DNA of 64,000 nucleotides from Mobula birostris (Eukaryota): contig NC_092370.1 of the NCBI RefSeq assembly GCF_030028105.1, positions 65,645,638 through 65,709,637 of the forward strand, read 5' to 3'. Positions 11,411 through 23,795 of the stretch are shown here, piece after piece. A program made the translations under genes and the position numbers. A model generated the notes under the pieces. It saw only the letters and a program-made list of their open reading frames with translations. It was not told where the DNA came from and made no database searches. Within the stretch, counting starts at the first letter, position 1, and each line of letters opens with the position of its first letter.

Positions 11411-12219
11411 AGGGAAAATATTAAGATGCTTCTCATGAATTCATTTTCCATTCAGAAATCTGAAGCTGCTTTTGAAATGATGAGTGTGTGTCTTCAAGCT
11501 CCTGTACCTCCTCCTTAATAGTAACAATGAGAAGAGGGCATGAACTGGGTGATAGGAGTCCTTAATGGTGGATGTCATCTTGTTAAGGCATTGCTTTTAG
11601 AAGGTGTCCTGGATGATAGGGAGACTAGTGCCCTTGATAGAGGTGGCTGCGTTTATAACTAGCGGCAGCTTTTTCTGATCCTGTGCAGTAGCCCCTCCAT
11701 ACCAGGCAGTGATGTAGAATGCTCTCACTTTTACATCTATTGAAACTTGCAAGTGTCTTTGGTAACATACCAATTCTTTTAAAACTCTTAATGAAGTATA
11801 GCCACTGTCATGCCGCCTTTGGGTCAATATGTTGGACCCAGGATAGATTCTCAGAGATGATGACATCCAGAAATTTGAAACTTGAAACCCTTTTCACTTC
11901 TAATCCCTCAATAAGGTCTGAGGTTTCCTTGAATTCTCCTTCCTGTCGTCCACAATCAATTCCTTGGTCTTACTGACATTGAATGCAATGTATTCCATTT
12001 GATTCCTGTATGCTTCCTTGTCATTATCTGAAATTCTGCCAACAAGAGTTGTGTTGTCAGTAAATTTAGAAATGGAATTTGAGCTGTGGCTAGCCATACT
12101 ATTGTGGGTGTAGAGAGAGTACAGCAGTGGTCTAAGTGTGCATCCTTGAAGTGCACCAGTGTTGACTGTCAGTGAGGGGGAGATGTTATTTTCTATCTGC
12201 ACAGACTGTGGTTTCCCAC

Positions 12220-12455
12220 TGATGCACCATGAATAACTCCAAAAGACTGGAAGTAGAATAAATACTGAAAGGCTTTTATTCGCAGTAAAATGTGACCTCC
12301 AGCACGCTGAGTGTCTGCCCCTGGACTGAGAGGAGGAGCCAAGGCCCAATCGCCTTTATTCAGGGGTCTGTTGGAGGAGCCACAGGGGCAGAAAGCAGAG
12401 GGGCCTGTCCAGACAGGTAACCCAGTTACAACATATATACATATGGTTTACCACA
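12220..12455 (-). mobile_element. Short solo LTR (236 bp) with 5-bp TSD
   Basis: TG...CA ends, CCCAC at 12215-12219 and 12456-12460, AATAAA motifs on minus; interrupts the Rex1 RT. Confidence 0.85.
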
Positions 12456-13394
12456 CCCACTGGGGAAGACAAGGATTTAGTTGCAGAGGCCTAGATTTTG
12501 GAGCATGTTGGTTATAATTGAGGGTATGATTGTGTTGAATGTTGAACTGTAGTCAATAAACAGCAGCTTAACATACTGTAGGTATTTCTGTTTTCTAGGT
12601 GATCCAAGGCCAAGTGGAGAACCAGTGAGATTGCAGGCACTATAGACCTATTGCGCAAATTGCAGTAGGTTCTGGTCCTTGCCTAGGCAGGAGTTGATTC
12701 TAGCCAAGGCCAACCACTCAAAGCACTTCATCACAGTCGATGTGATTGCTACTGGCACTCTAATTAGAATAGACCAATTGGTTTATTATTACCAAATATC
12801 CACTCTTAGAGCATTGGAATGTATCATCCACATGCTATCAAATGATACTCACATGCCAGTAATCTGCTCTACTCTGCCAGGACCACTCAGCTCAGTAGAA
12901 CTTATCATGGATGTAATACAAACATGATCCAAAAAGCTCCAGAGATGAGATGAGGGAGACTTTGCTGGATTTAAAGCAGCATTTGACCAAAGTCATGTCA
13001 ATTATCCCTTCTAAAATTTAACTAAATGGGAGTCAGACCAGGAGATTAAGTACCCATAGAGTATTGCCACATCTCCGCAGAGAAAAACAGTGTAAAAGAT
13101 TATTGATGTTGTCTCCTGACTCCATTGCATTTACACCAGCATCTTGTGTTTTTCAAACCATTGTAGCTCATTTTCTATATAAATATTAAGAAGGTTAGAA
13201 ACAGATCTTCTTCTTCAATCTATGGCTTTTGCATCCTGAGAAATACAAATGTGAGCCCAGTGCCTCTCACTGCAGGTGTTCTTGCATAGATCTGCTTAGT
13301 AAATTCAAAGCATGTCCAAACCTAGATGATGCTCTAAAATTGCTGATCTGTGGCTCGATCTGTCAGAGTGCCCATGCCAAACTCCGCCTGTAAT

Positions 13395-13628
13395 AAACAC
13401 AAGAGATTTTGCAGATGCTGGAAATCCAAAGTAACACACAAAAATTGCTGGAGGAACCCAGCAGGTCCGGGAATATCTATGGAGAGGAATAAAGAGTCAA
13501 TGTTTTGGGCAGAGACCCTTCATTGAGGTCTCTCATTAGGTCCTGGTGCAAAATATTGACTCTTTATCCTTTTTCATAGATGTTGCCTGACCTGCTGAGT
13601 TCCACTAACATTTTGTGTGTGTTACTCT
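13395..13628. mobile_element. Inverted pair of Penelope-like pLTR fragments (hairpin centred on the ribozyme)
   Basis: Left arm gtaacacacaaaaattgctggaggaacccagcaggt and right arm acctgctgagttccactaacattttgtgtgtgttac are reverse complements. Confidence 0.8.
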
Positions 13629-13877
13629 GCCTGCCATTGTGCATCTGTGTGGGTAGTCAGCCACAATTGTTAATAATGTAATTTTGTGATTCTTCTGATC
13701 TCACGTCCCATCACCCCCTGTCTAAGTGTTTCACTTGAGTACATACATAACACTGTGATTGCCAGTGCAGGGAATGCTATTAAACCTTGCAATATAAATG
13801 AATATAAATGTCTACCCTGTGATTGAATACACTGCAGTTATGTCTATACTTTTTGCCAATACATTACTATTAACCTT

Positions 13878-13902
13878 TATATATATATATATATATATAT
13901 AT
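13878..13902. repeat. (TA)n microsatellite
   Basis: Pure TA run. Confidence 0.95.
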
Positions 13903-13919
13903 CTTAATATTACTAGACA

Positions 13920-16900
13920 AATAACCTCTTCCCCAATGTCAATAAAACGAGAAAGATGGCTATCGACTTCAAGAAAACCCATACCACTCACAACCTCTTC
14001 ATACTGATGGCTCAGCAGTGGAAACTACAAGGAACCCTCCTGGCAGTGCACATCTCACACAATCTTTCATGGTCTCAGAACAGACACCTATAGTCAAAAA
14101 AGCTCAGCACCACCTCTACTTTCTGAGCAGGCTGAAGAGAGCTGGTCTATGTGCACCAGTACTCATGGCCTTTTACAGAAGTGCAGTGGGGAGCATCCTA
14201 ACATGTTGCATCACTGTGTGCTACAGAGACTGCTCTGGAGTGGACAGGAGGGCTCTACAATGGGTAGTTAAAACAGTACAGTGCTTCATTGGCACCAGTC
14301 TACCCACCATCAAGCACATATTTACAGAAAGATAATGGAAAAGAAACAGCAACAACATGAAAGATCCCATCAATCCTGCAGAGAGATTGCAGGCAACTGC
14401 AGGAAACATAAAGTTGTGGTGGTAGGGGATTTTAATTTTGCATATATTGATTGGGACTCCCATACTGTTAGGGGTCTAGATGGCTTAGAGTTTGTAAAAT
14501 GTGTTCACAAAAGTTTTCTAAGCCAATATATAGAGGTACCAACTAGAGGGGATGCAATATTGGATCTCCTGTTAGGAAACGAGTTAGGACAAGTGACGGA
14601 AGTGTGTGTAGGGGAGCACTTTGGTTCCAGTGATCATAACACCACTAGTTTCAACTTGATCATGGACAAGGATAGATCTGGTCCTAGGGTTGAGTTTCTT
14701 AACTGGAAGAAGGCCAAATTTGAAGAAATGAGAAAGAATCTAAAAAGCGTGGATTGAGATAGGTTGTTCTCTGGCAAGGATGTGATCAGTAAGTGGGAAG
14801 CCTTCAAAGGAGAAATTTTGAGAGTGCAGAGCTTGTATGTTCCTGTCAGGATTAAAGGCAAAGTGAATAGGAATAAGGAACCTTGGTTCTCAAGGGATAT
14901 TGCAACTCTGATAAAGAAGAAGAGAGAATTGTATGGCATGTATAGGAAGCAGGGAGTAAATAAAGTGCTTGCGGAGTATAAAAAGTGTAAGAAAATACTT
15001 AAGAAAGAAATCAGGAGGGCTAAAAGAAGACATGAGGTTGCCTTGGCTGTCAGAGTGAAGGGTAATCCAAAGAGCTTTTACAGGTATATTAAGAGTAAAA
15101 AGATTGTAAGGGATAAAATTGGTCCTCTTGAAGATCAGAGTGGTCGGATATATGCAGAACCAAAAGAAATGGGGGAGATCTTAACTGGGTTTTTTGCATC
15201 TATATTTACTAAGGAAACTGGCATGAAGTCTATGGAATTAAGGGAAACAAGTAGTGAGATCATGGAAACTGTACAGATTGAAAAGGAGGAGGTGCTTGCT
15301 ATGTTGAGGCAAATTAAAGTGGATAAATCCCCAGGACCTGACAGTGTTGAAATGGCAGGGGCCCTGGCAGATATATTTAAAATGTCGGTGTCTACGGGTG
15401 AGGTGCCGGAGGATTGGAGAGTAGCTCATGTTGTTCCGTTGTTTAAAAAAGGATCAAAAAGTAATCCGGGAAATTGTAGGCCCGTAAGTTTGACGGTGGT
15501 AGTGGGTAAGTTATTGGAGGGAGTACTAAGAGACAGAATCTACAAACATTTGGATAGACAGGGACTTATTTGGGAGAGTCAACATTGCTTTGTGCGTGGT
15601 AGGTCATGTTTGACCAATCTATTGGAGGTTTTCGAGGAGGTTACCAGGAAAGTGGATGAAGGGAAGGCAGTGAATGTTGTCTACATGGACTTCAGTAAGG
15701 CCATGGACAAGGTCCCGCATGGGAGGTTAGTTTGGAAAATTCAGTTGCTAGGTATACATGGAGAGGTGGTAAATTGGATTAGACATTGGCTTAGTGGAAG
15801 AAGCCAAAGAGTGGTAGTAGAGAATTGCTTCTCAGAGTGGAGGCCTGTGACTAGTGGTGTGCCACAGGGAGCAGTACTGGGTCCATTGTTATTTGTCATC
15901 TATATCAATGATCTGGATGATAATGTGGTAAATTGGATCAGCAAATTTGCTGATGATACAAAGATTAGAGGTGTAGTGGACAGTGAGGAAGGTTTTCAGA
16001 GCCTGCAGAGGGACTTGGACCAGCTGAAAAAATGGGCTGAAAAATGGCAGATGTAGTTTAATACAGACAAGTGTGAGGTATTGCACTTTGGAAGGACAAA
16101 CCAAGGTAAAACATACAGGGTAAATGGTAAGGCACTGAGGAGTACAGTAGAACAGAGGGATCTGGGAATACAGATACAAAACTCCCTAAAAGTGGCGTCA
16201 CAGGTAGATAGGGTCATAAAGAGAGCTTTTGGTACGTTGGCCTTTTTAATCAAAGTATTGAGTATAAGAGCTGGAATGTTATGATGAGGTTGTATAAGGC
16301 ATTGGTGAGGCCGAATCTGGAGTATTGTGTTCAGTTTTGGTCACCAAACTACAGGAAGGATATTAATAAGGTTGAAAGAGTGCAGAGAAGGTTTACAAGG
16401 ATGTTGCTGGGACTTGAGAAACTCAGTTACTGAGAAAGGTTGAATAGGTTAGGACTTTATTCCCTGGAACATAGAAGAATGAGGGGAGATTTGATAGAGG
16501 TATATAAAATTATGATGGGTATAGATAGAATGATTGCAAGCAGGCTTTTTCCACTGAGGCAAGGGGAGAAGAAAACCAGAGGACATGGGTTAAGGGTGAG
16601 GGGGGAAATGTTTAAAGGGAACATTGGGGGGGCTTCTTCACACAGAGAGTGATGGGAGTATGGAATGAGCTGCCAGATGAGGTGATAAATGTGGGTTCTT
16701 TTTTAACATTTAAGAATAAATTGGACAGATACATGGATGGGAGGTGTATGGAGGGATATGGTCCGTGTGCAGGTCAGTGAGACTAGGCAGAAAATAGTTC
16801 GACACAGCCAAGAAGGTCCAAAAGGCCTGTTTCTATGCTGTGGTTTTTCTATGGTCTCTATGGTTTCTAATCCTGCATATTTATCCCACTCCCATCAGGG

Positions 16901-17056
16901 AAGAAGCTATACAGTACCCATGCCAGGACCACGAGAACATCGTTGTCTTTTTTATGGTTATTGTGTTTTCTTATGCTGCATGGGATCCAGAGTAACAATT
17001 ATTTTGTTCTCCTTAACACTCATGGAAAAAGATAATAAACAATCTTGGGCCTTGAA
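13920..17056 (+). mobile_element. Rex1/Babar LINE 3' fragment (13920-14380 and 16869-17056) split by a CR1
   Basis: IVKKAQHHLYFLSRLKR...FYRSAVGSILTCCITV; resumes at cccactcccatcagggaagaag after the CR1. Confidence 0.8.
14381..16868 (+). mobile_element. CR1 LINE, 5'-truncated ORF2 (EN C-terminus and RT), 9-bp TSD
   Basis: VVVGDFN, SDH, GVPQGAVLGP, KFADDTK; (ttctatggt)n tail; AATCCTGCA at 14372-14380 and 16869-16877; several stops and frameshifts. Confidence 0.95.
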
Positions 17057-18639
17057 ATTAAATGTCCTCACTTTTTCTGAAGCTCAAGCATGCTTTTTCA
17101 AATGGAATAATGCTGTATTAAAGGGCTTAGTCTGACTGCTTTCAACTGTAAGTCCACCGACACAAAAAAAAATCACTCAATGCATGGTATCAAAACAACT
17201 CAAAATTACAGTGGTGCCATAAATTCTTTAGCTTGACAATGGAACCACCAATCATATCTCAAAGCTTTTGACTGTGACTACAGAATATACAGCCAACAAA
17301 AATTCTGAGGGCTCTTGTTTGAAGGAATTTCAATAGCTTCATTAACTGAGACATTGATCGCCTCTGAGGTACTAATAAATTAACTAGCACTTTTGTAGGT
17401 AACTGACCTTAATTCCATCAGCAGGGTAACTTTCTTACTCTTCTGAATATCTGTATTCAGTACACTGTCACTCTCTTTTGAAACTTAAACAATTTTATTA
17501 GAACAGAGAAGCCTTTCTATTCACTCCAAATATTATCATTTTATCAAAATTATTCAGCCTTCAGCCATCTTTCTGTGAGCTCTGCATGATTTCATGACTC
17601 ACAATTTGAGTGACTAAAATTCCACCCTTGGCATTCTCTTTCTTGTGGTCCTGTGAGGTTCCCAGCTCAGATCACTCTCACTTTCTGATGTTCATCTTCA
17701 CTGCCTGTATTGTGGTAGGCTCCTTATGTAGCTTTGTGGCTGATGAACTGAACAGATTTACAAGCTCAGCCAGCATAGCAGGGGTCTCTCCAGACTAGTT
17801 GAGCAAGCCTCTACAGACAATTGCCTGCTTGATGGCACTCACCCTTTTACAGCCAATATTAAATACACTACTGAAACACTAAATAAACATTTGCTGAAAT
17901 TGTGCCACAAAATGAAATGCATCAAAATATCTAACATATAACATTCAACAAACGTTATCAATTAGTAATGCATAATGAACTTAAAAGACCTTGTAGGGAT
18001 CATAAGTATACTCAGCTGCTGAAACTGTATGTAAAGTGCTCTATTCACAGCAGAAATGGAACCTAATCAATTGAATCATAAGAAGATTATCCCTCACACC
18101 AGCAGTTATCAAAGAATGTTGAATGTTGGAAAACACAAAATAAATCCTATTGGGCTGAAAAAAAAATGGAAAAATAAAGGCCTAGAACAAAGTACGGAGA
18201 AGAAATTTAAAATGAAAGGTTCAATGAAGCAGTACCACAGCATAAAGCAACAATAAATAATGCATATTAAATGAAGAACTGCATCATCAGATACTTGGAA
18301 AGCACTTCCCACAATGTTTAATTTATCCTGCTGTGTTAACTAGAATACAAGTATGGTTAACATATTCTATAACAACAGAGGATGACTTGGTTGTGCTTTG
18401 GGTTTGGCATCATTTGTATAATCTGGCTTCAAGCCAAATACAGACTGTTGCAATGTAAGTTACTTTTGCAATTTATTGGGAAGTAGTATCACTGCAGTTT
18501 TACCTGCAGCAGAAACCATTATAAATATCACACTGTTGTCTCCACAGTTCATCAAGGATTTTGATTTTAAAAACAAAGGCCTAAAATATGGAACCATCCA
18601 CCCTGATTTAAAGCTACAGAAAAGCTTAGAGGACTGGGA

Positions 18640-19170
18640 GTTATCAGTCAAAGTAATAAGGAAGCTTAATGTAATCAGAACAAGTCAGCATGAAAGGTAA
18701 ATCATTTGGACAAATTTATAAGTGTTCTTCAAGAATGTAATGAATAGAGTTGATAGAGGGGAAACTATAGATGCTGTATATTTGGATTTCCAGAAGGCAT
18801 ATGTTGCAGAAGAAAAAAGGAGTTGTGTTACTGTAGATCAAAGGCATAGTAGACAGTGAGTCTAAATCAGTGGTTCCCATCTTCTTGTATATGACAGACC
18901 AATAACATTAAACAAGGGATCTGTTTCATTCTGGGTGGATGTAACTTGGGGAGTAGTCCAAGAATCAATTCTTGGCCCTCAATTATTTATCCAATAATAT
19001 TAATGACCAGGAGGAGAGAGCAGAGAGTAAGGTATCCTAGTGTGTTGATCGCATAAACATAGTTGCCAGCAATGTTGCAATGAGGATGTTGTGACTCTGC
19101 AAAAGGATATAGATTTAGTATGTGAGTGAAAAGTTGGCAAATGGAATTTAGTGTGAGCAATTTGTGAGGT
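18640..19170 (+). mobile_element. Old degraded CR1-type LINE fragment
   Basis: Residual DAVYLDFQKA and ESILGPQLF motifs. Confidence 0.6.
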
Positions 19171-20149
19171 TTTACTATCATTAGAGATCAATACTATATT
19201 TCCCATGAATGAATATACTATATGTGTGAAAATTTCATGTTATTTAAGAAAGAAAAATGCGCAAAAGAAAATTCTGCCTTTGCCTCTGAAATGGAGCATA
19301 GCCACAGAACCTGATATCTACCAGAAGTAGTGGATCTAAGGCAGTTGTGATGTTCATAATGACAGGTGTGGAACCCTGTTTCACTAAGATACTGGTGGGA
19401 GAGGTGGGGCAGCAGAAAGAACCCTGCACATTTGGTGGCTCAACAGCCACCAAGAACTGAACTGAAGTTAGTGGGAGGAAATGATCACAGAGCTCTTTGA
19501 GAATTTAGAACCAGGAGTGCAACAAGGTTATGAAGTTCATCCTTGTGGTTAAGATTGTTGAAAGCAGCAACAGATCCCATCTGTCATAAATTCCATCACC
19601 ATATTTCCATATTCAACCTTCACTTACAGGTTAATCTCAGACATGCATCCATGTATTCAAGCATAAGATTTATAACAAAATAAAAACAATCTGCAGAAAT
19701 ATAATGAGCTATTTCATCCATATAATTAGTGAGCTCCTTCCTTTTCATCACTTCATGGCACTTCATTAGCTTTTTATTCACTAATTAAGATCAATTCTAC
19801 AGCTACAGTTCTTTCAAATCAGCACAAATAATTAAGGGCAGGACTCTGGAAATCACTCTTTGACCCAACAGACTAATTAAACTGGTGATGTATGGAGACT
19901 GAAGGAGGAAATTGCACTGAGTGCGGAACAAGGTGCCATGAACTACAAACTGCAGTAGACGAATGGTGGGGATTCTAACCATCTCCCAGTGGCTTAGTCA
20001 ATTGCTGGCTACTATGGACTTGGCTACCACAGAGTGAGTAGCCAGAAAAAGATCAGAGATGATTGAGGATGAGTTGCCCAAGTGCATGTTGTTTGTTCCA
20101 TTGTCTTCTCTGGTGTGGCAGATGCCCAATTGATGAATGAGACTTTGGC

Positions 20150-20312
20150 ATCTGGCTTCTTATCCCCATCCTTTCCAGTCCTTATGAAGGGTCTCAGCCT
20201 GAAATGTCACTGTTTATTCCTTTCAGTAGACGCTGTCTGACCTGCGGGGTTCTTCCAGCATTTTGTGTGAATTACTCTGGATTTCCAGCTCCCGCAGAAT
20301 CTCTTTGTGTTT
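20150..20312 (+). mobile_element. Penelope-like pLTR fragment with decayed hammerhead
   Basis: ccagtc-CTTATGA-AGGGTCTCAGCCT-GAAA-TGTC-actg plus shared tail. Confidence 0.75.
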
Positions 20313-23300
20313 TTGACATGTGCAGCCTCTTTCCAACCAAGTAATTGGTCTGCATCAGTATAGATGTTTGAATTTTGTGATCTCTGGCAGTAAATGATAA
20401 TAAAGAACGTAAAGTAAGTTTAACTTCAAATAAAAATACTGCAGCAAAAATATGTCTGGGATCTTACAGATGACATTTGAAAGTGTTTAAAATAGGTATT
20501 CATAAAATCTATGGAAAAATTCTAAGGCACCGCTAATTGATCTTCATAGCCATGTCCTAAGAGAATTCTTGCTGAATTTTCATATTATTTGATATTCGGC
20601 ACAACATATACAATGTTGTCCACCTGCATCAGCTGAGACCCACACTGAATAATTTAGTGAGGGCAGACTCGAATTATTCCTCAGAAGCAGACTTTCTACT
20701 CTACTGTTTAAATTAGGTTTTAGTTGTCAAATCAATGTGATTAAATTCATAAAACTTGATGAAATTATTTTGTCCATTTTTGTCAGGTTCCAAACACTGT
20801 TTCATTCTGGTTCAATTTTGGATAGCCTCTATTAAATAATCTTACTGCTTTTGCTGGTTTGGAAGACAAACTTGGGACAATAAACTCCAAAATGACCAAT
20901 ATGGGTCATTTGGTCTTGCTTGAGCCTGCAACAGCCTGGGCTGAAGGACAGTAGGGATGAATATGCTTCTTGTCGTTCATTTGGGCCAGTGAGGGGTTCA
21001 ATATCGTGGCTGGTTATGTGCTGTGCCTTGCGCCTTACACTGCTGTGTGAGGGTAGCAAACACAGAGCATTCACCTCTTGTAGGCCTACCTCCTTTACCC
21101 TTGACACATCACAGGTTTAATGAGTCTGATGGATCAAAGAACAACTGCAAGACCCTCATCTTTATTTGGGTTGGCTTGAAAAAACAGTGGCAGTAGGTCT
21201 TACATGGTGAATGGAAAGCTAGTGAAGTGTCATTGAGTGGTGAATAGGAACTGGTTAATTGTACGAATGAGATAGCTCATTTATGTTTCTGTAGAGTATT
21301 CCTTTTGCAGACATGTATTTTCAGTAGTGTTACAAGTGAGACGCAATAATAGAAAAGAAGGGCTCAAAAAGCATAGTGTTTTCTGGTATCCTCTATTTTG
21401 TAGTGTATAACTTGCTAGAATTCTTGGCTGTGGTTGAAAATTGGTTGGGAATATCCAATGTGAATGTTGAGAATATCACTGAACCCAACATAATCCCATT
21501 ATACCTAGTGGGAAGGGAGTGTTCTCATTACTCTTAAATACAGAGAACTAACATTAATGGAATTATTAGGAATTCATGCCTTCAGAAAGGTATAATAATT
21601 AACTGAAAACTTTTCTTATTCCACAATGACTAAGTTCAGCTAGGATCCTTTCCTGATCTCGGTTTTGCTTTTGGAACAAGGCCATTTTACTACTAATAAA
21701 GCAGCTTAAGCACCAAAGAAATGTGGGCCAATGACGGTTACAGTGTAAATGACCTGTTCCTGCAAATTTAATTTGAGTCTGTGAACTTACGTTTTGATGG
21801 ATGGAGGTTAAATTTTGCCTTTATTATGTCAGGAGCATTGTTCACGTTGCAATTTCAGATGCCAATGGAAAAGAAATCTGCCATGCCAATGGTGGAAAAA
21901 GATAAAATAATGGAAGGATAAAGTTGGTTGAGTGATAATAAATAGAACAAAAGTTGTTTTTGTGCTATAAAGGGTCTGAACTATGTTCAGGATAGATGCT
22001 TTCACGATATAAAGGTGAACAGACAGACCAGGATATGGTCATTGAAAAAAGAGCATGAATCTCTCTTATTTGCTGATTGTCTGATTCAGTTGTTAGGCAG
22101 AAGTGAATATTGGTTAACAGTAAAAACACTAATAATTCAGTCATAATTTATGAAATTCATATAAAAGACAAATGATGACAGTATGCAGCATAAAGACCTG
22201 TAGAAGGAATAATGTAGTAAGACAAAATATTGTGCTGTGTTCAATCTTTCACACATTACCTAGAGAAGATAAGTTTATAAACACAAGAGATTCTGTAGAT
22301 CCTGGAAAGATAAGTTTAAGATTATGTCAAAAATGGATGTGGCCGCACATTCTACAAAATTACTATTCTTGTGATTTTCTTCAATGCAGAAAAGAGTATT
22401 GAAGAAAATTACTTTAGAGCCTGACCTCCATTTCCTTCTGCATTACCAACTCCTCTGCAGCCACGGAGCTATTTAAGCGGCTCAAAATCTTGGTCAGAAT
22501 TTCCTCATCAATGAGAAATATTTCTGTCATTTGTCAGCTGGAACTAAAAATCATATTTCCAAATCTTGAGAGAATGCCTCTCTCGCTCTTGCTCTCTCTC
22601 ATTATTACAAAATATTTTTGATGGTGCTCTGCCAGCTCTCTAACAATTCATCTGCATCCATGTATTACTTCCATTCAATGAGATCCAGCCAGGTGTTTTG
22701 GCTGCATTCAAGAAGGTAGAAAATGAATTTTAATTATTGATTTATTTAGGGCATGACAATAAATGTATTCCATAATTAAGTAGCTTTTCCATGGACCTGT
22801 TTTAGCAGTAGGGGGAATACAATGGGTTGAGGTTGCTTGTGAGGCTGAAGATGATGAGCGTCATGACCAGCCTCCTGAAGCACTACGTTATGATGGATGT
22901 CAGAGCCACCGGGCGGTAGTCATTAAGGCACAGTCATGTGGAAATTTGGCTTTTTATTCAGCTGTTTCACTCCCCATAAAAAATAAATGCATCTTCCATT
23001 AGCCTGCATTTGCATTGGTATAATTGTTGATATTTGACAGGATATGTGATTGATTTACTGAACTGGGAAATTAGGTCATTTAACTTTATGCTTCTGTCTA
23101 TTCCAAACTCTCTCACAAAAGTGAACTGTACATTTATCTTCCACTAAATACCATTCATATACCTGCCTAATGAAGAGAAAAGATAGGCAGAGACTGTAAT
23201 CCTTTTATTTAATAGGTAACTGTGGAGGTTCTAATAGAAAACATTAGAATAGTCTGATGAAATATGCACACAATGCCATTTCAATGCTCTTCGGACAGGA

Positions 23301-23795
23301 TGCTACATTTCTGTTTACATTTTTTTAACTTTTATTGGAGTCATTACTCCATTTTCATTTTGCATGGATGTCACACAACAAACTGCAAAAAATATTGTGC
23401 AACAGACACTTATATTTATCGAGTTCTGTTTGTTCATCTCCCTATCCCCAACCATGGCCCACCCAAACCTTGAAAGGCTTAAATGTTTATAGGCATCTCA
23501 AATATGGATGGTTTAAGTTATTAGTCTATGGTTTCATAATATTCCAGAGCTAAGCAACTGAATGAAGATTATTACTGAGTAAGTATTATACTTACATTCC
23601 TCAGGGTCATTGTACTTTTTGGACCCATACTGTTTCTTTTATATCTAATTTGATATTTCTCTTACGGGCTTGAGGCTATGTAGCAATCTGAGCTAAAAAA
23701 AAATGGGTTGCAGCAGATGATCAAACACATAATAACACATCTGGAGGGCAATGGTTTTATTCTTTCAGAATATGTTTGAAAACCCAGCAATTATT

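Larger units (their letters stand above)
6220..12755 (-). mobile_element. Rex1/Babar LINE 3' portion (pieces 6220-6332, 11235-11279, 11411-12219, 12456-~12755) interrupted by nested insertions
   Basis: Minus RT motifs TGALQGCTLRPLLYSLYT, ISKFTDNTT, NVSKTKELIVD (ORF 11900-12349); 3'UTR and (agaatc)n tail at 6220. Confidence 0.8.

Noticed and set aside
23590-23703. Minus-strand exon-like segment (tttttttttag ... gtaagt)
   Set aside because: Stops in all three frames; single splice-like motifs are expected by chance in 64 kb.
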